Made by a program: the position numbers and the translations under genes. Of a stretch of 64,000 nucleotides of DNA, positions 40,355-53,869 are shown one piece after another; the first letter of the stretch is position 1; each line of letters begins with the position of its first letter. The stretch lies in assembly GCF_009914755.1 (NCBI RefSeq), contig NC_060947.1; one strand, 5' to 3'. The notes below the pieces were generated by a model, which made no database searches, was not told where the DNA came from, and saw only the letters and a list, made by a program, of their open reading frames with translations. This DNA comes from the human T2T-CHM13v2.0 reference genome, Homo sapiens.

Positions 40355-40668
40355 GTATATTAGGGCTTCTGTAACAAACTGGGAGGCTTAAAACAACAGA
40401 AAGATATTCTCTCACAGTTCTGGAGGTCAGAGGTCCCAAACCAAGGTGTTCTCATGATTATGCTCCTTCTGAAGGCTCTAGGGAAGCATCTTTCCTTGTC
40501 TCTAGTAGCTCCAGGCATTTCTTGGCTTATGGCAGCATCACTCCAATCTCTGCCTGTGTCTTCACATGGTCTCCTGTGTGTTTCTTCTTTTTGGCCTACT
40601 ATACCTTATCCTCTTTTTCTCATTGGATTTAGGGCCCAGCCAGGTAATCTAAGATTCAACCCATTACA
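40355..40668 (-). mobile_element. MLT1B/C MaLR LTR (internally deleted)
   Basis: 'ggcttaaaacaacagaaa...ctctcacagttctggagg...gcagcatcactccaatctctgcct...tcattggatttagggccca'. Confidence 0.8.
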
Positions 40669-40837
40669 GACAGCAAAGGGGACTCCATTAAATCAGTAGG
40701 TAGTAGAAATATGTCCCTTTTTTTCTTCTAGCTTATATAGGCAATCTTAATCTTCTCTGGGTCTTTGGAAATATTAGGAGGGAAAGTCTGTCATCTAGAA
40801 ACTTTCTTTATCCTACCCAATAGTAACTGACGATTCT

Positions 40838-41908
40838 TTTTTTTTTTTTAGTTTTTATTTTTTTATTTTATTCTTTTTATTATACTTTAAGTTCTAGGGT
40901 ACATGTGCACAACGTGCAGGTTTGTTACATATGTATACGTGTGCCATGTTGGTGTGCTGCACCCATTAACTCGTCCTTTACATTAGGTATATCTCCTAAT
41001 GTTATCCCTCCCCCCTCCTCCCACTCCATGACAGGCCCCGGTGTGTGATGTTCCCCACCCTGTGTCCAAGTGTTCTCATTGTTCAATTCCCACCTATGAG
41101 TGAGAACATGTGGTGTTTGGTTTTCTGTCCTTGTGATAGTTTGCGAGAATGATGGTTTCCAGCTTCATCCATGTCCCTACAAAGGACATGAACTCATCAT
41201 TTTTTATGGCTGCATAGTATTCCATGGTGTATATGTGTCACATTTTCTTAACCCAGTCTATCGTTGTTGGACATTTGGGTTGGTTCCAAGTCTTTGCTAT
41301 TGTGAATAGTGCCGCAATAAACATACGTGTGCATGTGTCTTTATAGCAGCATGATTTATAATCCTTTGGGTATATACCCAGTAATGGGATGGCTGGGTCA
41401 AATGGTATTTCTAGTTCTCGATCCTTGACGAATCGCCACACTGTCTTCCACAATGGTTGAACTAGTTTACAGTCCCACCAACAGTGTAAAAGTGTTCCTG
41501 TTTCTCCACATCCTCTCCAGCACCTGTTGTTTCCTGACTTTTGAATGATCGCCATTCTAACTGGTGTGAGATGGTATCTCATTGTGGTTTTGATTTGTAT
41601 TTCTCTGATGGCCAGTGATGATGAGCATTTTTTCATGTGTCTGTTGGCTGCATAAATGTCTTCTTTTGAGAAGTGTCTGTTCGTATCCCTCGCCCACTTT
41701 TTGATGGAGTTGTTTGATTTTTTCTTGTAAATTTGTTTAAGTTCTTTGTAGATTCTGGATATTAGCCCTTTGTCAGATGGGTAGAATGTAAAAATTTTCT
41801 CCCATTCTGTAGGTTGCCTGTTCACTCTGATGGTAGTTTCTTTTGCTGTGCAGAAGCTCTTTAGTTTAATTAGATCCCATTTGTCAATTTTGGCTTTTGT
41901 TGCCATTG
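40838..41908 (-). mobile_element. 5'-truncated L1PA (approx. L1PA4-PA6) with ORF2p C-terminal remnant
   Basis: ORF 41238-41906 (-) = L1 ORF2p end including Cys-rich [18 protein letters not shown], cut by a TGG>TGA stop; 3'UTR and poly-T; 16-bp TSD agtaactgacgattct / agcaactggtgattct. Confidence 0.97.
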
Positions 41909-42831
41909 AGCAACTGGTGATTCTAAATTACATTACTACCAGGATATTTTGCTCTTTGAAAATACTTGCCTCATGGGTGATACTTTTTCAAGGCCCATAT
42001 GTCAAGTATTAGCTAAATGTTTGCATTTCTCTTTGAGTCCTGGGACAGACAGGCAGGGCTCACAGGGCATGGAATTTAGCAGTGGTTACATCTCAAGACT
42101 GTATAAGTCCCAAGAGATCAGCTACTAGCTGACACGCTAAGGAGAGGGATGTCAGAAAATTCTCAGCAGCAGTGGAGGAAAGCGGAAGAGGAGTGGTACC
42201 CAGATGAAGAGTGAATAAAATCCCCCTAAGCCACCATCAGAGACCAGGCCAGCCACTCTTCATTTCCATGGCCCATACTGCCAGGGCTTTGATGGGTACA
42301 TAGTATTCCACAAGTTACAGTGCCAACCAAATACAGTTGCAGGTACCTATCATTAATGTTATTTGGCACATTAAACAACTCAGACACCCTACCTTTGAGT
42401 CACCGTTTATTCCATTGTTGTGGCGTGTGTGCATTGTAAAGAAGAACTTGACAGCCTCTTTAGGGAGTGCGGTGACAAGTTGCCAACATGACAGCCAGGA
42501 AGTGGCATCTTGCAAATAAAGAAGCAGGTGATGGCCCTAGTGTTAGCACCATGTGGTTAGAAACAGGAGAGTACATTAGGTGATGGAGAGCACTTAGGAA
42601 TGAGGTCAGCTTTTCTAAGTTTCATTCAAACAACATCTATTGCAAGTTCATTACAACCCATAAGAAACTTCATTTGCTGTTTAGAATCTATGAGGTGTCA
42701 GAAACTTATGTTTCCATATCAAGGAAAAAATGAAATCTCCATTTTTTCTCAAGATAGATGAGGAATCAGATCCTCCACCCCCAAGCCCTACCCCACTGCC
42801 ACACACACACACATACACTTCTAAAATATAG

Positions 42832-43411
42832 TGTATTCATAAAAAGTGTGAGGTATAGTAAGGCCAACAGATCAGGAGATGACTGCCACTGAAGAGACAG
42901 TTTGTTACAGTTCCCAAGAGGAGGGGGTCTATTACACCATGGTGGGGCATGTGGGAAAGCACCAGCATAGGTCAAGAGGCGGAAGGAGAAGGGTGCAACT
43001 GTGTACAAGAGTCTTTACTTGTGGTTTTCATGGGAAGGAACAGGTAAGGCAGGATGATCAGGCTTGGGAGTGGCCAGTTTCAGTCATTTCGGCCTGCTCT
43101 GGGGCAAAGCAGGTGTCCTTGGTTTTCTGGCTCCTGGCCCTGGGGTGATTAGGGCAGGTGGATGGTGGCCTGGAGTATGAGAGCTCCATAAAGGAGGTGG
43201 TTGGGCTGTGGGCTGTGTATTGGTTGGTTTGTATTTGAAAACTGTGCCCTCTGGAGGAAGAAGACTCCTGAAGAGAGATAGAGATGGTGAGGGAGGCAGG
43301 AGTCCAGGCAAGGTGACTCAGGCATAACATCCTATTATCTAAAGCAAGATGTGTCAGGTAGATGTTAAAGCACCAAGATTATATAGAAGCTAGAAACATG
43401 GTAAATATGCA
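42832..43411 (-). mobile_element. ERVL solo LTR, MER74/MER76-like
   Basis: 'gaggtatagtaaggccaacagatcaggagatgactgccactgaa' ... 'gatgttaaagcaccaaga...aagctagaaacatggtaaatatgca'. Confidence 0.7.
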
Positions 43412-44554
43412 CCCCGTCATGTGCGCCCCCCGCCCTACCACCAACAAAGCCATAGAGACTGATTTGTTGAGATTCAAATAGCTTCCCCTGGTTGGAGACT
43501 ACTTGAAGTCCTGAAATTCTCATTGGTTGGTTGATTCCTTTCTTTCTTTACTTATTCCTCAAAGTCTAATGCACATCAGCCAGGAAAGTTATACCTAGGG
43601 GTAGGCTTCCAGCTCCTGACCTCACCTCTACGTGTCCTGGCCTAGAGGCCCATTGCGTTCAGCTGGTGTTCTGCTGAGACATGGCCCTTAATTTGATTCT
43701 GTATCTTTGTAAACAGCCCATTTGAGAACACATCTGGGGCTTCCTTCCTGGAAACCAAGCTCAAGGGGGTAGATGGGAAGCAGAAACCTGAAACTGGTGG
43801 TGAACATGAACCTACTTTGCAGTATGAAGGATCCTTTGCCTTTCTTTTCCACTTCTTGATGCCAGGATGTTTGGAGAGGGTGGGAGAAGGGAACCTAAAA
43901 TTTGAAGCAGAAGATCTGAGTTCCAATCAGAGACTTGCACCTCCCTTCTGTGGGACCTTGGGCCGGATACACCTCTCAGCCCAGGCCTTACAGCTCTAAA
44001 ACATGGGTAATTCCTGCTAGAGGGGTCGATTAGATGGTTTGAGAAAAGGCTTTGCAGATAAGATAGAGCTCTATCAGTGCCTTTCTTGATTGTGGTTCCT
44101 GGCCACATGGGTATAGGGACAGGCAGTTTTGAAGTAGTGAGCTTATCATCAGCACCCTTGGCTTCAGTTTTGTGGCTCCTATTCCTACCTCACACTGTTC
44201 TTTTCACCAAGTGCTGGGGCCTTCCCACTGTCCCTCTGTTGTCTGAGCCTGTCTTTTTGAGGTCAGACCTCTTTCCATACTCCCACGATTTCATGGCCTA
44301 TAATATGTCCTCCTTCTCCTTCATCTCTTTGGATTCACTTGCCTCTACCCATTCCATTAGGGCCATTCCAGGTAGAAGGGCACCTGTCCTGCCACCAGGG
44401 CAGGGGCAGGGGGCAACCAAGGGAGGAGAGGGCTGGAAGTTTTTATTTTCTGTGTCTTGTCTCAAGTTTTCCACCTTATTTCTGCCTTCTGTCCTACCAT
44501 CTTCTTTATTTTATTTTCTACTGTATTTTCTGCTCCCTGTAAGTCATTCCTGTG

Positions 44555-45530
44555 TTCTTTTATTTGTTCATTTATTCATTCAATAATTCCATTCACTAGG
44601 CTCTGTGCTCAGCACTGGAGAGAGATGAATAAGCGTTGCCCTCAAGGGTTCAGATTGGCAACAAACAACTGAATAATTAATGCCCTAAAAATGTGTTTTG
44701 CCTTATGATAGGGGTTGGGATAGAGTTGGAGAAACTTGAGGCAGGAAGCTGCTGAGTTGGCCTTGGGGTTCAGGGAACATCAGCAGAAGTAAGACTTCAG
44801 CTGGGTCTGTCTGCAGTACACAAAAGGGTTTGCCAGGCCAAGAAAGTGCGAGGTCATTTCAATGAAGGCAAAGAATATGGTCAGCCTTACAAAGGGATGT
44901 ATCAGGAGTTTACTGTTGGTGGACATAGAGGATGGGACCTCGGGGCCATAGGAAGCTGATGAGAAAGGTGAGGCTGAATGATGATGAACCTCCTTGCCAT
45001 CAGGAAATTGAAATGCATCCTGGAGGCTGTAGGCAACCAGTGGGATTGAACAGGGGAGTGAGAAAATTAGACAGGATCATATTAGCAAAACATAACTCTG
45101 ATGGCAGTGCAGAGGGTGGACTGGAGGCACAGAGACTAGTTTCAGAGTCTAGGTGGGAGTTTGCAGCAGTTGTCCAGAATAGAGATGAAAATCACATAAA
45201 TAAACCAAGGCATTAGCAATTTTCATGCATTTATTCATTTATCAGAAATGATGCAGACACTGTGTATGAGCACACCCACCCAGTGTCCCCATGGGCCAGA
45301 CTATGCCAGCTCAGGAAATCTGATATCTCACAAGAGTGATCCAGTCCTTGCTCTGATGGATATACAGTCTCTTAGGAGAGAGGCATTGGATCCAGTGACA
45401 CACGGCCAAGTGGCATGTGCATTGAAATAAATCTGCATGGGGCTGTGGGGCATTGAGCAGGGGCTTTGAGCCAGTGCCACTTGAGCCGAAAGTTGAATGG
45501 GGCTGAGTGTATAGTAGCTAAGTCTTGAGG
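44555..45530 (-). mobile_element. L2 fragments (two 3' ends)
   Basis: 'ttcatttattcattcaa', 'ttgccctcaagggttcaga', 'cataactctgatggcagtgcagagggtggactggagg', 'ccttgctctgatggatatacagtc'. Confidence 0.65.
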
Positions 45531-46139
45531 TGGCTGAAGCACAGAGGACCAGGGTAGAGGGGTACCAACCCAGCAGGGTCCACTCTGTTCTGCTGCTTCT
45601 CTCTCTGGGTGGGCTGCTGCCTGCGGTGATGGCCAGGGCAGGGAATATCATCAAAAACCAGGCAGGCACACAGACTCTGCACTTCAGGCCAGCTCCTTGG
45701 GGGCATCAGGAGACCAAGCCTTTGCTTTTCCTGGTCCGTGGCTTGTACTTGCCTGGGAGCAGGTGAAACAGCAGAGACATATACAACCTTGCTTTTCCAT
45801 TCACATACCTGCCTAGACTTAGTGGGGGAAGAACAGGATGACTAGAAGTTCTCAAACATGAAGGCTCGGTTTTCTGTAAACTCCAAACTGCCCCTCCCCT
45901 GCCTTTTTGCCCTTTCTAAATACAGATGAGGTTTCTATCCAGCTGGACCACCTCTGGGTGGGCAGTACTGCCCCTTCCCGATCCCATTCCGGCCTGCACA
46001 TATAGCACTGCAGCATTGCCTACCCCAGGGGCACCCTTCACATTTCATGCTAATGAAGGTTGACTCCTGGAATCATGGCTACATTGCACATAGCACCTTC
46101 TTGAGTTGCGCAATGAACCATCCTTAGTGGCTGCCCTAA

Positions 46140-46420
46140 TTGCCGATTTCCACTTTGACAAGGATTTATGGATGCCAGTGTGCAGAGAGGAGATTGGAGG
46201 GCGTGGGATTCGAGTGGAGATGTAAGGAGTCCAGTTACGGGGCCGCTGCACTCGTTGGAGAGGAGTCGATGGTGCTTGGGGCAGCAGAAGTGTCGGATGG
46301 TGGCAATAACCATGAGGGAAAGGAGATGCTTCGAGGTCCTTTCAGGATGTAAAACTGATGGACCTGGTCAGGGATTAGACATGGAAGGTGAAGGAGATGA
46401 TGTCAAGGCAGAACCTTAAG
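46140..46420 (-). mobile_element. L2 fragment
   Basis: 'gccagtgtgcagagaggagattggagg...ggattagacatggaaggtgaaggagatgatgtcaagg'. Confidence 0.55.
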
Positions 46421-46779
46421 TCAGGAGATGTTAGGAGCTAGTGAAGAGTTTTGTGGAAGGGATTTATCATGTTACTTAAAAAGGAAATAAGAGAATAAAT
46501 AGGCTGAATGTACTTTCATCTTCATGTAAAACAAAATAAAAACTCTTCTTAGGAGGCTTGCATACCTGACTATACCTGTCTATCCTCATCACTGACACCC
46601 ACTAATCAGATCTCTATCTAGGCTTAGGTCCCTGTTCTCTTTCTCACCCATCCTCCTGCATGACCTTAGCATCTGTGGAGATGATGCCTCTAATGCAATG
46701 ACCATACATTGCCAATCCATTGCAGAAGCCCTCTCTTTCTGGTACATCCCAGAGCTTGGCTTTTCCCCTGGGAGACAGG

Positions 46780-46980
46780 AGAGTGTGGTGGTGAAGAGCT
46801 GGCCCCCTGGAGTAGACTGCCTGGGCTTGAGCAAGTGACTACATCTCTCTGCCTCAGTTTCCTTCCCACAACACTCAGAGGCAAGTGCTAAAGGAGATGA
46901 AATATATAAACCAGTGACACTGCAGCCCAAAGCTTTGGTCTGTACCATTTCAGGTAGCTGGAGATAAGTGTACAACAGCT
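46780..46980 (+). mobile_element. MIR
   Basis: 'agactgcctggg...cttgagcaagtgactacatctctctgcctcagtttcct'. Confidence 0.7.
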
Positions 46981-47245
46981 GACGTTACCAGGAGGAAGAA
47001 AGAGACTGAATATAATGTACCACCAAAGTTAGAAAAAACAACTAGTATAAATTATTTGTGCTGTATTCTTTCCAGTAAAGTGAGGCCCAGTGCTAAATTA
47101 AGAAGGGAATACAGAAATAAAAAGAATGGTTGGCAGATTACTACCTGGCGAGGGAACATGTTTTACATCTTCTGCTCTGTGCTATTTTTTTTTTTTTCAA
47201 GTCAAGTCAATAGATTCAAAACATTTAAACATGACCTATTATCTA

Positions 47246-47588
<343 letters not shown>

Positions 47589-48847
47589 TTAACACCAAAC
47601 TTACAAAAAGCATATAATAAATTCAGAACTAATTTAAACAGTTTCTGCCTGTCCTCCTTTCCTTCCCCTTTCCTCTGCCCCGCCCTTCGTCTTTACCCCA
47701 CTTCATCTTTAGCTACTCTCTCTCTCTCTTCATCAGTAGCCCCCAGAAAACAGAACTTCGTAACATTGTATCATTTGCATTCTCTGATCTGGGGACTCTT
47801 TTCCCTTTCAAGGGGCAGTCTGCTGTATGTAAGGGCATTTTTTAAATTAAATAATCTTAAACTTTTATTTTAATTTTTTAAAATTAAAATAAACTCAGTT
47901 TTTTTTTTTTCATTTTGAGAATTCTTTAATAGTTTATGACACCACGCAAGTAACTGGAGTCATGCTGGTCTGTCTCCAAACAAGATTTAAGAAATCCTGT
48001 GTTAGAGCGTGGGTTATATCATTTAACTAACGCGGGCCTCCTTTTTGTCTGAATTGATTTCAAATTAAATGCAATACATGTATATTTGAGACTTGAGCTG
48101 GATACTGTTTCAACATTGGAGACACAAAAAACAAAACTTCTGAATAGAAGATGTGTAGTTTAGAATGGGAAATAGATTCAAATGCATAATTATACAATGT
48201 AAGAAGTGTTATAGGTCTATATAAAATACCAAGGTGGCCAATAACCATGCCTGTGGCATTCTGGGAAGACTTCATGGAGGAAGAAGTGTTGTTTAATCTG
48301 GTTCTTGAAACGTAAGTAGGAATTCAATAGTTGGAGAGAAAATGGCAGAGTCTCATAGTCAGTGGAAACTGCTGTTATAAAGAAGGGTCCTGAAGTACAA
48401 GATGCATGATAGAGTCAAGGAACATATGATGTGAGTGTGACTAGAGATCAGTAAGGAAGGCTGAGGCCAAGTTCAGACAAACAGGCCTAGTTCCTATGCC
48501 AAAGAGTTTGGACTTAGTCACTAGTAGTAATCTAAATCATCCATTCAGAGTAGTGACTTTCCTCCTCTATTATATAGAAATATGTATAATATATATATTT
48601 TACGTTTCATACGTATATATGCTTTTTGCCTCCTCTCCAATACTTAATGGCTCTGGTTTTTTTATTGGACTGAACTTTTGCATGTGAGCTTTCTAGTGTT
48701 GAGCAAATGCTCTTTCATTCATCATAATTTTCCAATTTTTTAAGAAAAATCTTTTCTGCTCAGTAACAAACACAATTCACAAAGAAAGAGAATGTCCACA
48801 GGGAATTTGCTTCCAATTGGTCACTTCATTTAAAGTTTTTGAACTGG

Positions 48848-48993
48848 GGCCGGGTGTAGTGGCTCACACCTGTAACCCCAGCACTTTGGGAGGCCGAGGC
48901 AGGAGGATCACTTCAACCCAGGAGTTTGAGACCAGGCTGGGCAACCCAGTGAGACCCCATCTCCACAAAAATAAATAAACAAGAAACAAATAT
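48848..48993 (+). mobile_element. FLAM_C / free left Alu monomer
   Basis: Single monomer with A-rich tail; 16-bp TSD aaagtttttgaactgg / aaaatttttgaactgg. Confidence 0.9.
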
Positions 48994-50416
48994 AAAATTT
49001 TTGAACTGGGAAAGCAGATGAAGAAATGTAACAAAAAGCAAAAGCCCCATCAATTGGGAGTTATTCTAGCTATTTCACCCAGGAGGCTCACGTCATTACT
49101 GTCAGGGAAATGCACTGTCCCTCTGTGCTTGGCCTTGACCATATGGAGGAGAAAAGCTTGCTGGGGGACAAGAGAACAAACCCAAAGGCAATGCTTCCTA
49201 GAGCTGCCTGTAGCCCCAGGGCAGTGTCTCTCTCCAAGATTCAGCCTTCCTGCTGCAAAAATCTGCTCACGTGCAAAAGGCAGGGGTTTGGCAGATGCTT
49301 ACAAAATGTTACAAGTGTTCCAAAGATAAAAGTATTACGTGAGAAGAAGGAAGGATTCTGGTGAACCCTGGCCTGTAGTTGTAATTCTCAAAGTTTTAGT
49401 CAGTGCGACAGCTGGCCTTTGTAAAAACTGCTAGAACCCAAACTTTCTTCCTTAAACATGTTTTAAATATTTGCTTCTCAACTGCTTGTCTTCAGGGACT
49501 TTATCATTAAGAATATTTGGAACCCAGAAAGCATCTGTGTCTTCAGTGAGATATAAAAATAGACCCAGTCTACTATGCTGTCCAGGGAATCTTATTTTAT
49601 TAACAAGCAAGTGATATAGTAGTATCATTGCCAAGGGGAAATTTCTCTCTCCTGATTAAGTGTGCTTCCTGTTATTGGATAGGGAATGCAGAAATAGATT
49701 GCTTCCCTTTTTGCCTTGACTACCAGGAAACCTGTAGTTTTATTTAACATTAAATTGCTGTACACTAGCTATCTTCAGCCTAGGTTTTCTTAGGAAATTA
49801 TATCACCCCCTTCTCTATTTGAACTTTGTATACTTGTTTTAATGGTTTTGTAGTATCTGTATTTCTTAGTATAAATTATCCAAATGACATTTACGTTTCC
49901 CCAAAAAATCACAATAGGAATTGGCTACCCATATGGCGTAGCCTGTTGTGTATGTATCTCCTGACCTGACCATAGCCCAGCCAGTTTATCTGGTCACCAT
50001 TAAGTCTGAGAATTATGGTGGCCCAAGATACTTGAGAGGTGGGTAGAATGACAAGAAGAGAAGAAAAAGCATGGGGAGTAGAGGGGGAATGTCCCTCATT
50101 AACCCTTATTTTCTAAACTGATTTACTTGTGGCTTAAAAAACTGAGCACGAAATTCCTACATGAAGAGTTTCTTTTGGTTTCATTTTAATATGAGTATTT
50201 CAAAGATTCCTTTGCCTTCAACTTGTTAGAATGTCATGACAGTAACGATTGCAATCATTTAAGAAGTCTTTATTATGCTACAGGCAACCTCCAGATCTGC
50301 ACAATGGTAGTTTCTGGGGAGATTAAATGTGCTACAGTATGCTAAATACTTAGCACAGTGGCTGACACATGAGATTAATAAATATGCCTATGATGATGGT
50401 AAAGAATAAATATGAA

Positions 50417-50691
50417 TAGAGTGGCCACATATAGCAAATAAAAATACAGGACGCACAGTTCGATTTGAATTTCAGATAAACAGCAAACAATGTAAGTTTA
50501 GTGTAAGTATGGACCCTGCAATACTGGGGACATAACTTATACTAAAAACTATTATCCCATGCAACATTTGGGACATACTTATTCTAAAAATTATTATCCC
50601 ATGCAATGGTTAAGATATAACTATACCAAAAAAATTGTTTCTCTGAAATTCATGTTTAACTGGGCATTTTGTGCTTTATCAAGCAACTCTA
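50417..50691. mobile_element. MER53 palindromic hAT MITE with triplicated 42-bp internal unit
   Basis: 'aaaatacaggacgcacagttcgatttgaatttcagataaac' ... 'tctgaaattcatgtttaactgggcatt'; 8-bp TSD aatatgaa/aatgtgaa. Confidence 0.88.
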
Positions 50692-50959
50692 AATGTGAAT
50701 ACATGTAGAATGGTAGCTTCTGATAAGCACTGAGATACTTCCAGGAAACCAGCCCTGCTCCTCTGCAGAGAAGACTCACCCACTCATCATCTCCTGTGCT
50801 CATCCAGAAGTCTGGGCTCCATCAGTGTTTCTTGATTTGATTCAGATTTCCTGTCTCTATAGTCAATTTAATGTCAGCCACGGGCAGCTTCCCAGTGTTT
50901 GACATTCGCTAACTTTCAGAAGCTGCCGGAAACGTGTCAGCCTTACTCTGGTCTTTCCC

Positions 50960-51120
50960 AACCTTGGCTGAACAAAAGCATCGCCTGAGAATCTTAAAAA
51001 TCCTGATACCCAGGTCACATTCCAGACCAGTTACATCAGAATCTCAGCAATGAGGCCAGGTATGGGTATTTTTAATGCTTTCCACGTTAGTTCCAGTGAA
51101 TGCCTGGGATGAGAGCTGTA
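50960..51120. mobile_element. MER5A-like MITE
   Basis: 'cccaggtcacattccagaccagttacatcagaatctc...ggccaggtatgggtatttttaatgctt'. Confidence 0.65.
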
Positions 51121-53124
51121 GCCTAGCCTTACAGGCCCTCTAAAGCCTTGGCTGAAGCAGTGATGCTGGCTCCTCCCAGGACCTGCTGGAATGTTCCTCC
51201 TTGTGTTCTGTTCTACTTTTCACCATCCCTACTAGCAGTATTTCCTCGTCTTCCAAAATAGCAGGGTCTGATTCCTGGTAATGGTGCTGAGACCAGGCGT
51301 GCTGGGTTCTCTGAGCAGAGTGTGTCGAGGCTATTGCCTTTTGCTATACAGGTTCTGTACATTGGGCCTCCAGGTTAATTGGGTTTCTAGAAGGATCCTA
51401 GGAAGATGACATGTCTTTTTCCTTTTTGTCACATGCTGACAGAGCTGGCCTCCCTTTCAACTGGGTTTGAGGTATTTCCTCAGAGGAGAGTGAGCTCTGA
51501 GTTGTAGAAGTGTCTGGGTGTGATTCAATCCAAGCAACAATCCTGAGGTACTGCAGGGCCGAACACCATCTTTCTGGGACTGGGTCCTCAGGACAAGCAA
51601 GGAGTTGATGGACCAAACCCTGGTTTCTAGTGCCACAATGGAGCCGAGAAGTCCTTTAGAACTTTGGGGGACAGCACCACTGACTTCTCTCCTCTTGCCG
51701 CCTCACCAGTTACAGGATAGTTTCCTTGTATTTTGGTCTTCATCAGGTACAAAGTTTAAAAACCTTGTATAGCTTAGCCCTTGATTTGTAAAGTCAAGTG
51801 CATAATCACAATATGCACAACCTAATGTTTTCACAAGGCAGGTTGATCACCCAGTTTGCTCTGTGTGTTCTCTCGATTGAAGTTCTAACCGACTTCTTAG
51901 TGGAAAGGAAATAATTCATTCTGCAGAGAGAATATTACATTTCGCATGCTTTAACCTGGGTGTTTAAAAATTCAAATTCTCCTATGACATTGCACTCCCT
52001 TTTTTGCATTTTAATTATTCTGGAGCTGTAAAGAGAGTTCAGGCACTAAGTAATAATCAGATGCTGAATGCCTAAACTCTACAGAGTGGTTGCTTTTAAA
52101 AACCTCAATCCCAGATAATAAATAGTGGGAGTTTATCAAGGCAAGTGGCATATACTTTTCCTGTGTTTTGATTCAGATGTGTAACAATTTCTACCTGCTG
52201 GTTTAAATTGGCCCAGAGAACACCTTTTGTGTTAAGCCCACTCACTGCTAGAAGGAACCAGCATCAATCTGACAATAGAATAATATTATCTCCCAACTAA
52301 ACAAAGAAAGAAGCCAATAATCCAAAGCCCAAACTGTGCGGTCTCCTGCTATTTTTAGAACTTGAGGGGAAAAGAATCCTCTTTATTGTAAAAATGATCC
52401 AATTAAGTACGAAGTTAGCCACTGGGAAACACAGCGTTTTCTTTGCACACCATTTTGGAGACCAGCATTCCTTTTATTAAAGCAGAAAATGAAGCCCACA
52501 AAGCTGTCCGCTTTCCAAAGGCGGAACGGAGGGTTCCGGGTTCGCTTGGTTACCTGCATTGCAAATGTCAGCTGGCAGTTCTGGCAGGCTGCATCACCAG
52601 CTGCATGAAGTTGCAGAAGTAGCTTGACCTTATCATACTAAGATTACAGAAAACTTCCATCCTAACTCTGACTTAGCTCTCCCTGAATTTCCCCAAAGCC
52701 TTAAATTCAGTTTGCCTTTCCTTAGTTCTCCTGGATCTCCCAAATGAGAGCTCTGTAGATTTTCTGCAGGGAAATTATTCTAATTTAACAATAAAGTTGC
52801 TGTGCCTAAGTAGATTCATACTTTGAACAGGTTTAAGGAAAACAAAGCTGAGCATCTATAAATCTTTATGCAACTAGGAGCTGTTGATAAGTTTAGGAGT
52901 CAGGCTACCCATTCAAAAAGATATTATGTTACAGAATTTTAGACTCTAAATTTTGAGACTAGAGAGAAAGAGACTTTCTTTGAGCCCCAAATTAGAAAGC
53001 GTAACTTAAAATGGCAAATCATTTCCCCAAAGCCTATATGATCCATGCCAGAATTATCGATGCTGAGCTTGGACTAACTCCCTAGCCCCGCCAGGCCCCT
53101 CACTGCCTGGCCAGCTCTACTTGT

Positions 53125-53305
53125 TTCTCACTAGGGTGAGGCAAGTCAGCTGCTTGCCTGGGGAGCAAAACTTAAGGGGATGCCAAATACGCTGTAATCA
53201 AGATAAATAATATTGGAAGGCAGTCCTTTAAAAAACAAACGAATGCAAAAGAGTCCGAGATGAACAAAACCTTACTTGCCATTTTAAAGAAAGGCAGGAT
53301 TCAAG
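53125..53305 (+). mobile_element. MER96B-like hAT-Tip100 fragment
   Basis: 'ctagggtgaggcaag...gcaaaacttaaggggatgccaaa...gtaatcaagataaataatatt...gatgaacaaaa'. Confidence 0.65.
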
Positions 53306-53869
53306 AGGGCTAAGATTAGGGTGAGGGTAGGAAGGCAGGGCCATGCAAGCGCAGGGTCGGATCCCATCTTTATATAAAACTTTGGTGTTTTGACAGTTGA
53401 TGGGTGGTGCTGTTTCTTGGGGGCCAGTATGCATCCAGCTGGCAGTTTGGGTAGTCAACATCACCTGTGCCTCCAAATAGAACAAACAGCTCTATCCTCC
53501 ATCCCTAGCATATCACTTAGTTCTGCTTTGTTTCCCATTAGTTACCCATTCTCCCCCATTCTATGCTAAGCCCCTAAAACACAAGGATCTTGCCATACTT
53601 ACCTCTGAATCCTCAGAACCTAGCAGAGTGTCTGGCTCTGGTTTGTGATATGCTTCCCTTTCTGTTTCATTGGTCTTAGAATCATCTTCCAGCCTCTGGC
53701 TGTCCAATCCCGACCTAGCGTCTTCTAGACTTGGCTTGTCCATTTGCAGTGACATCTGTAGCACTGGTAGGAATTACCATCTTCACAGGTGAACCTAATG
53801 AATGGAAACAGTCTGTAAAGCAGGATGGTTGGCTTGCAGATTATCCACCCTGACCACAGGCAGAGTTGA

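Noticed and set aside
41238-41906. 222-aa ORF, the longest in the track
   Set aside because: It is the L1 ORF2p C-terminus in a 5'-truncated L1PA, with no promoter, an internal ATG and a premature stop. It is not a host gene.
44077-44586. 169-aa hydrophobic ORF
   Set aside because: GTG start; hydrophobicity comes from T/C-rich low-complexity DNA running into an L2 end; no splice or family support.
50514-50640. Periodic 42-bp units or the 28-bp TA units as a CRISPR-like array
   Set aside because: They are direct tandem repeats with no unique spacers, in eukaryotic DNA.
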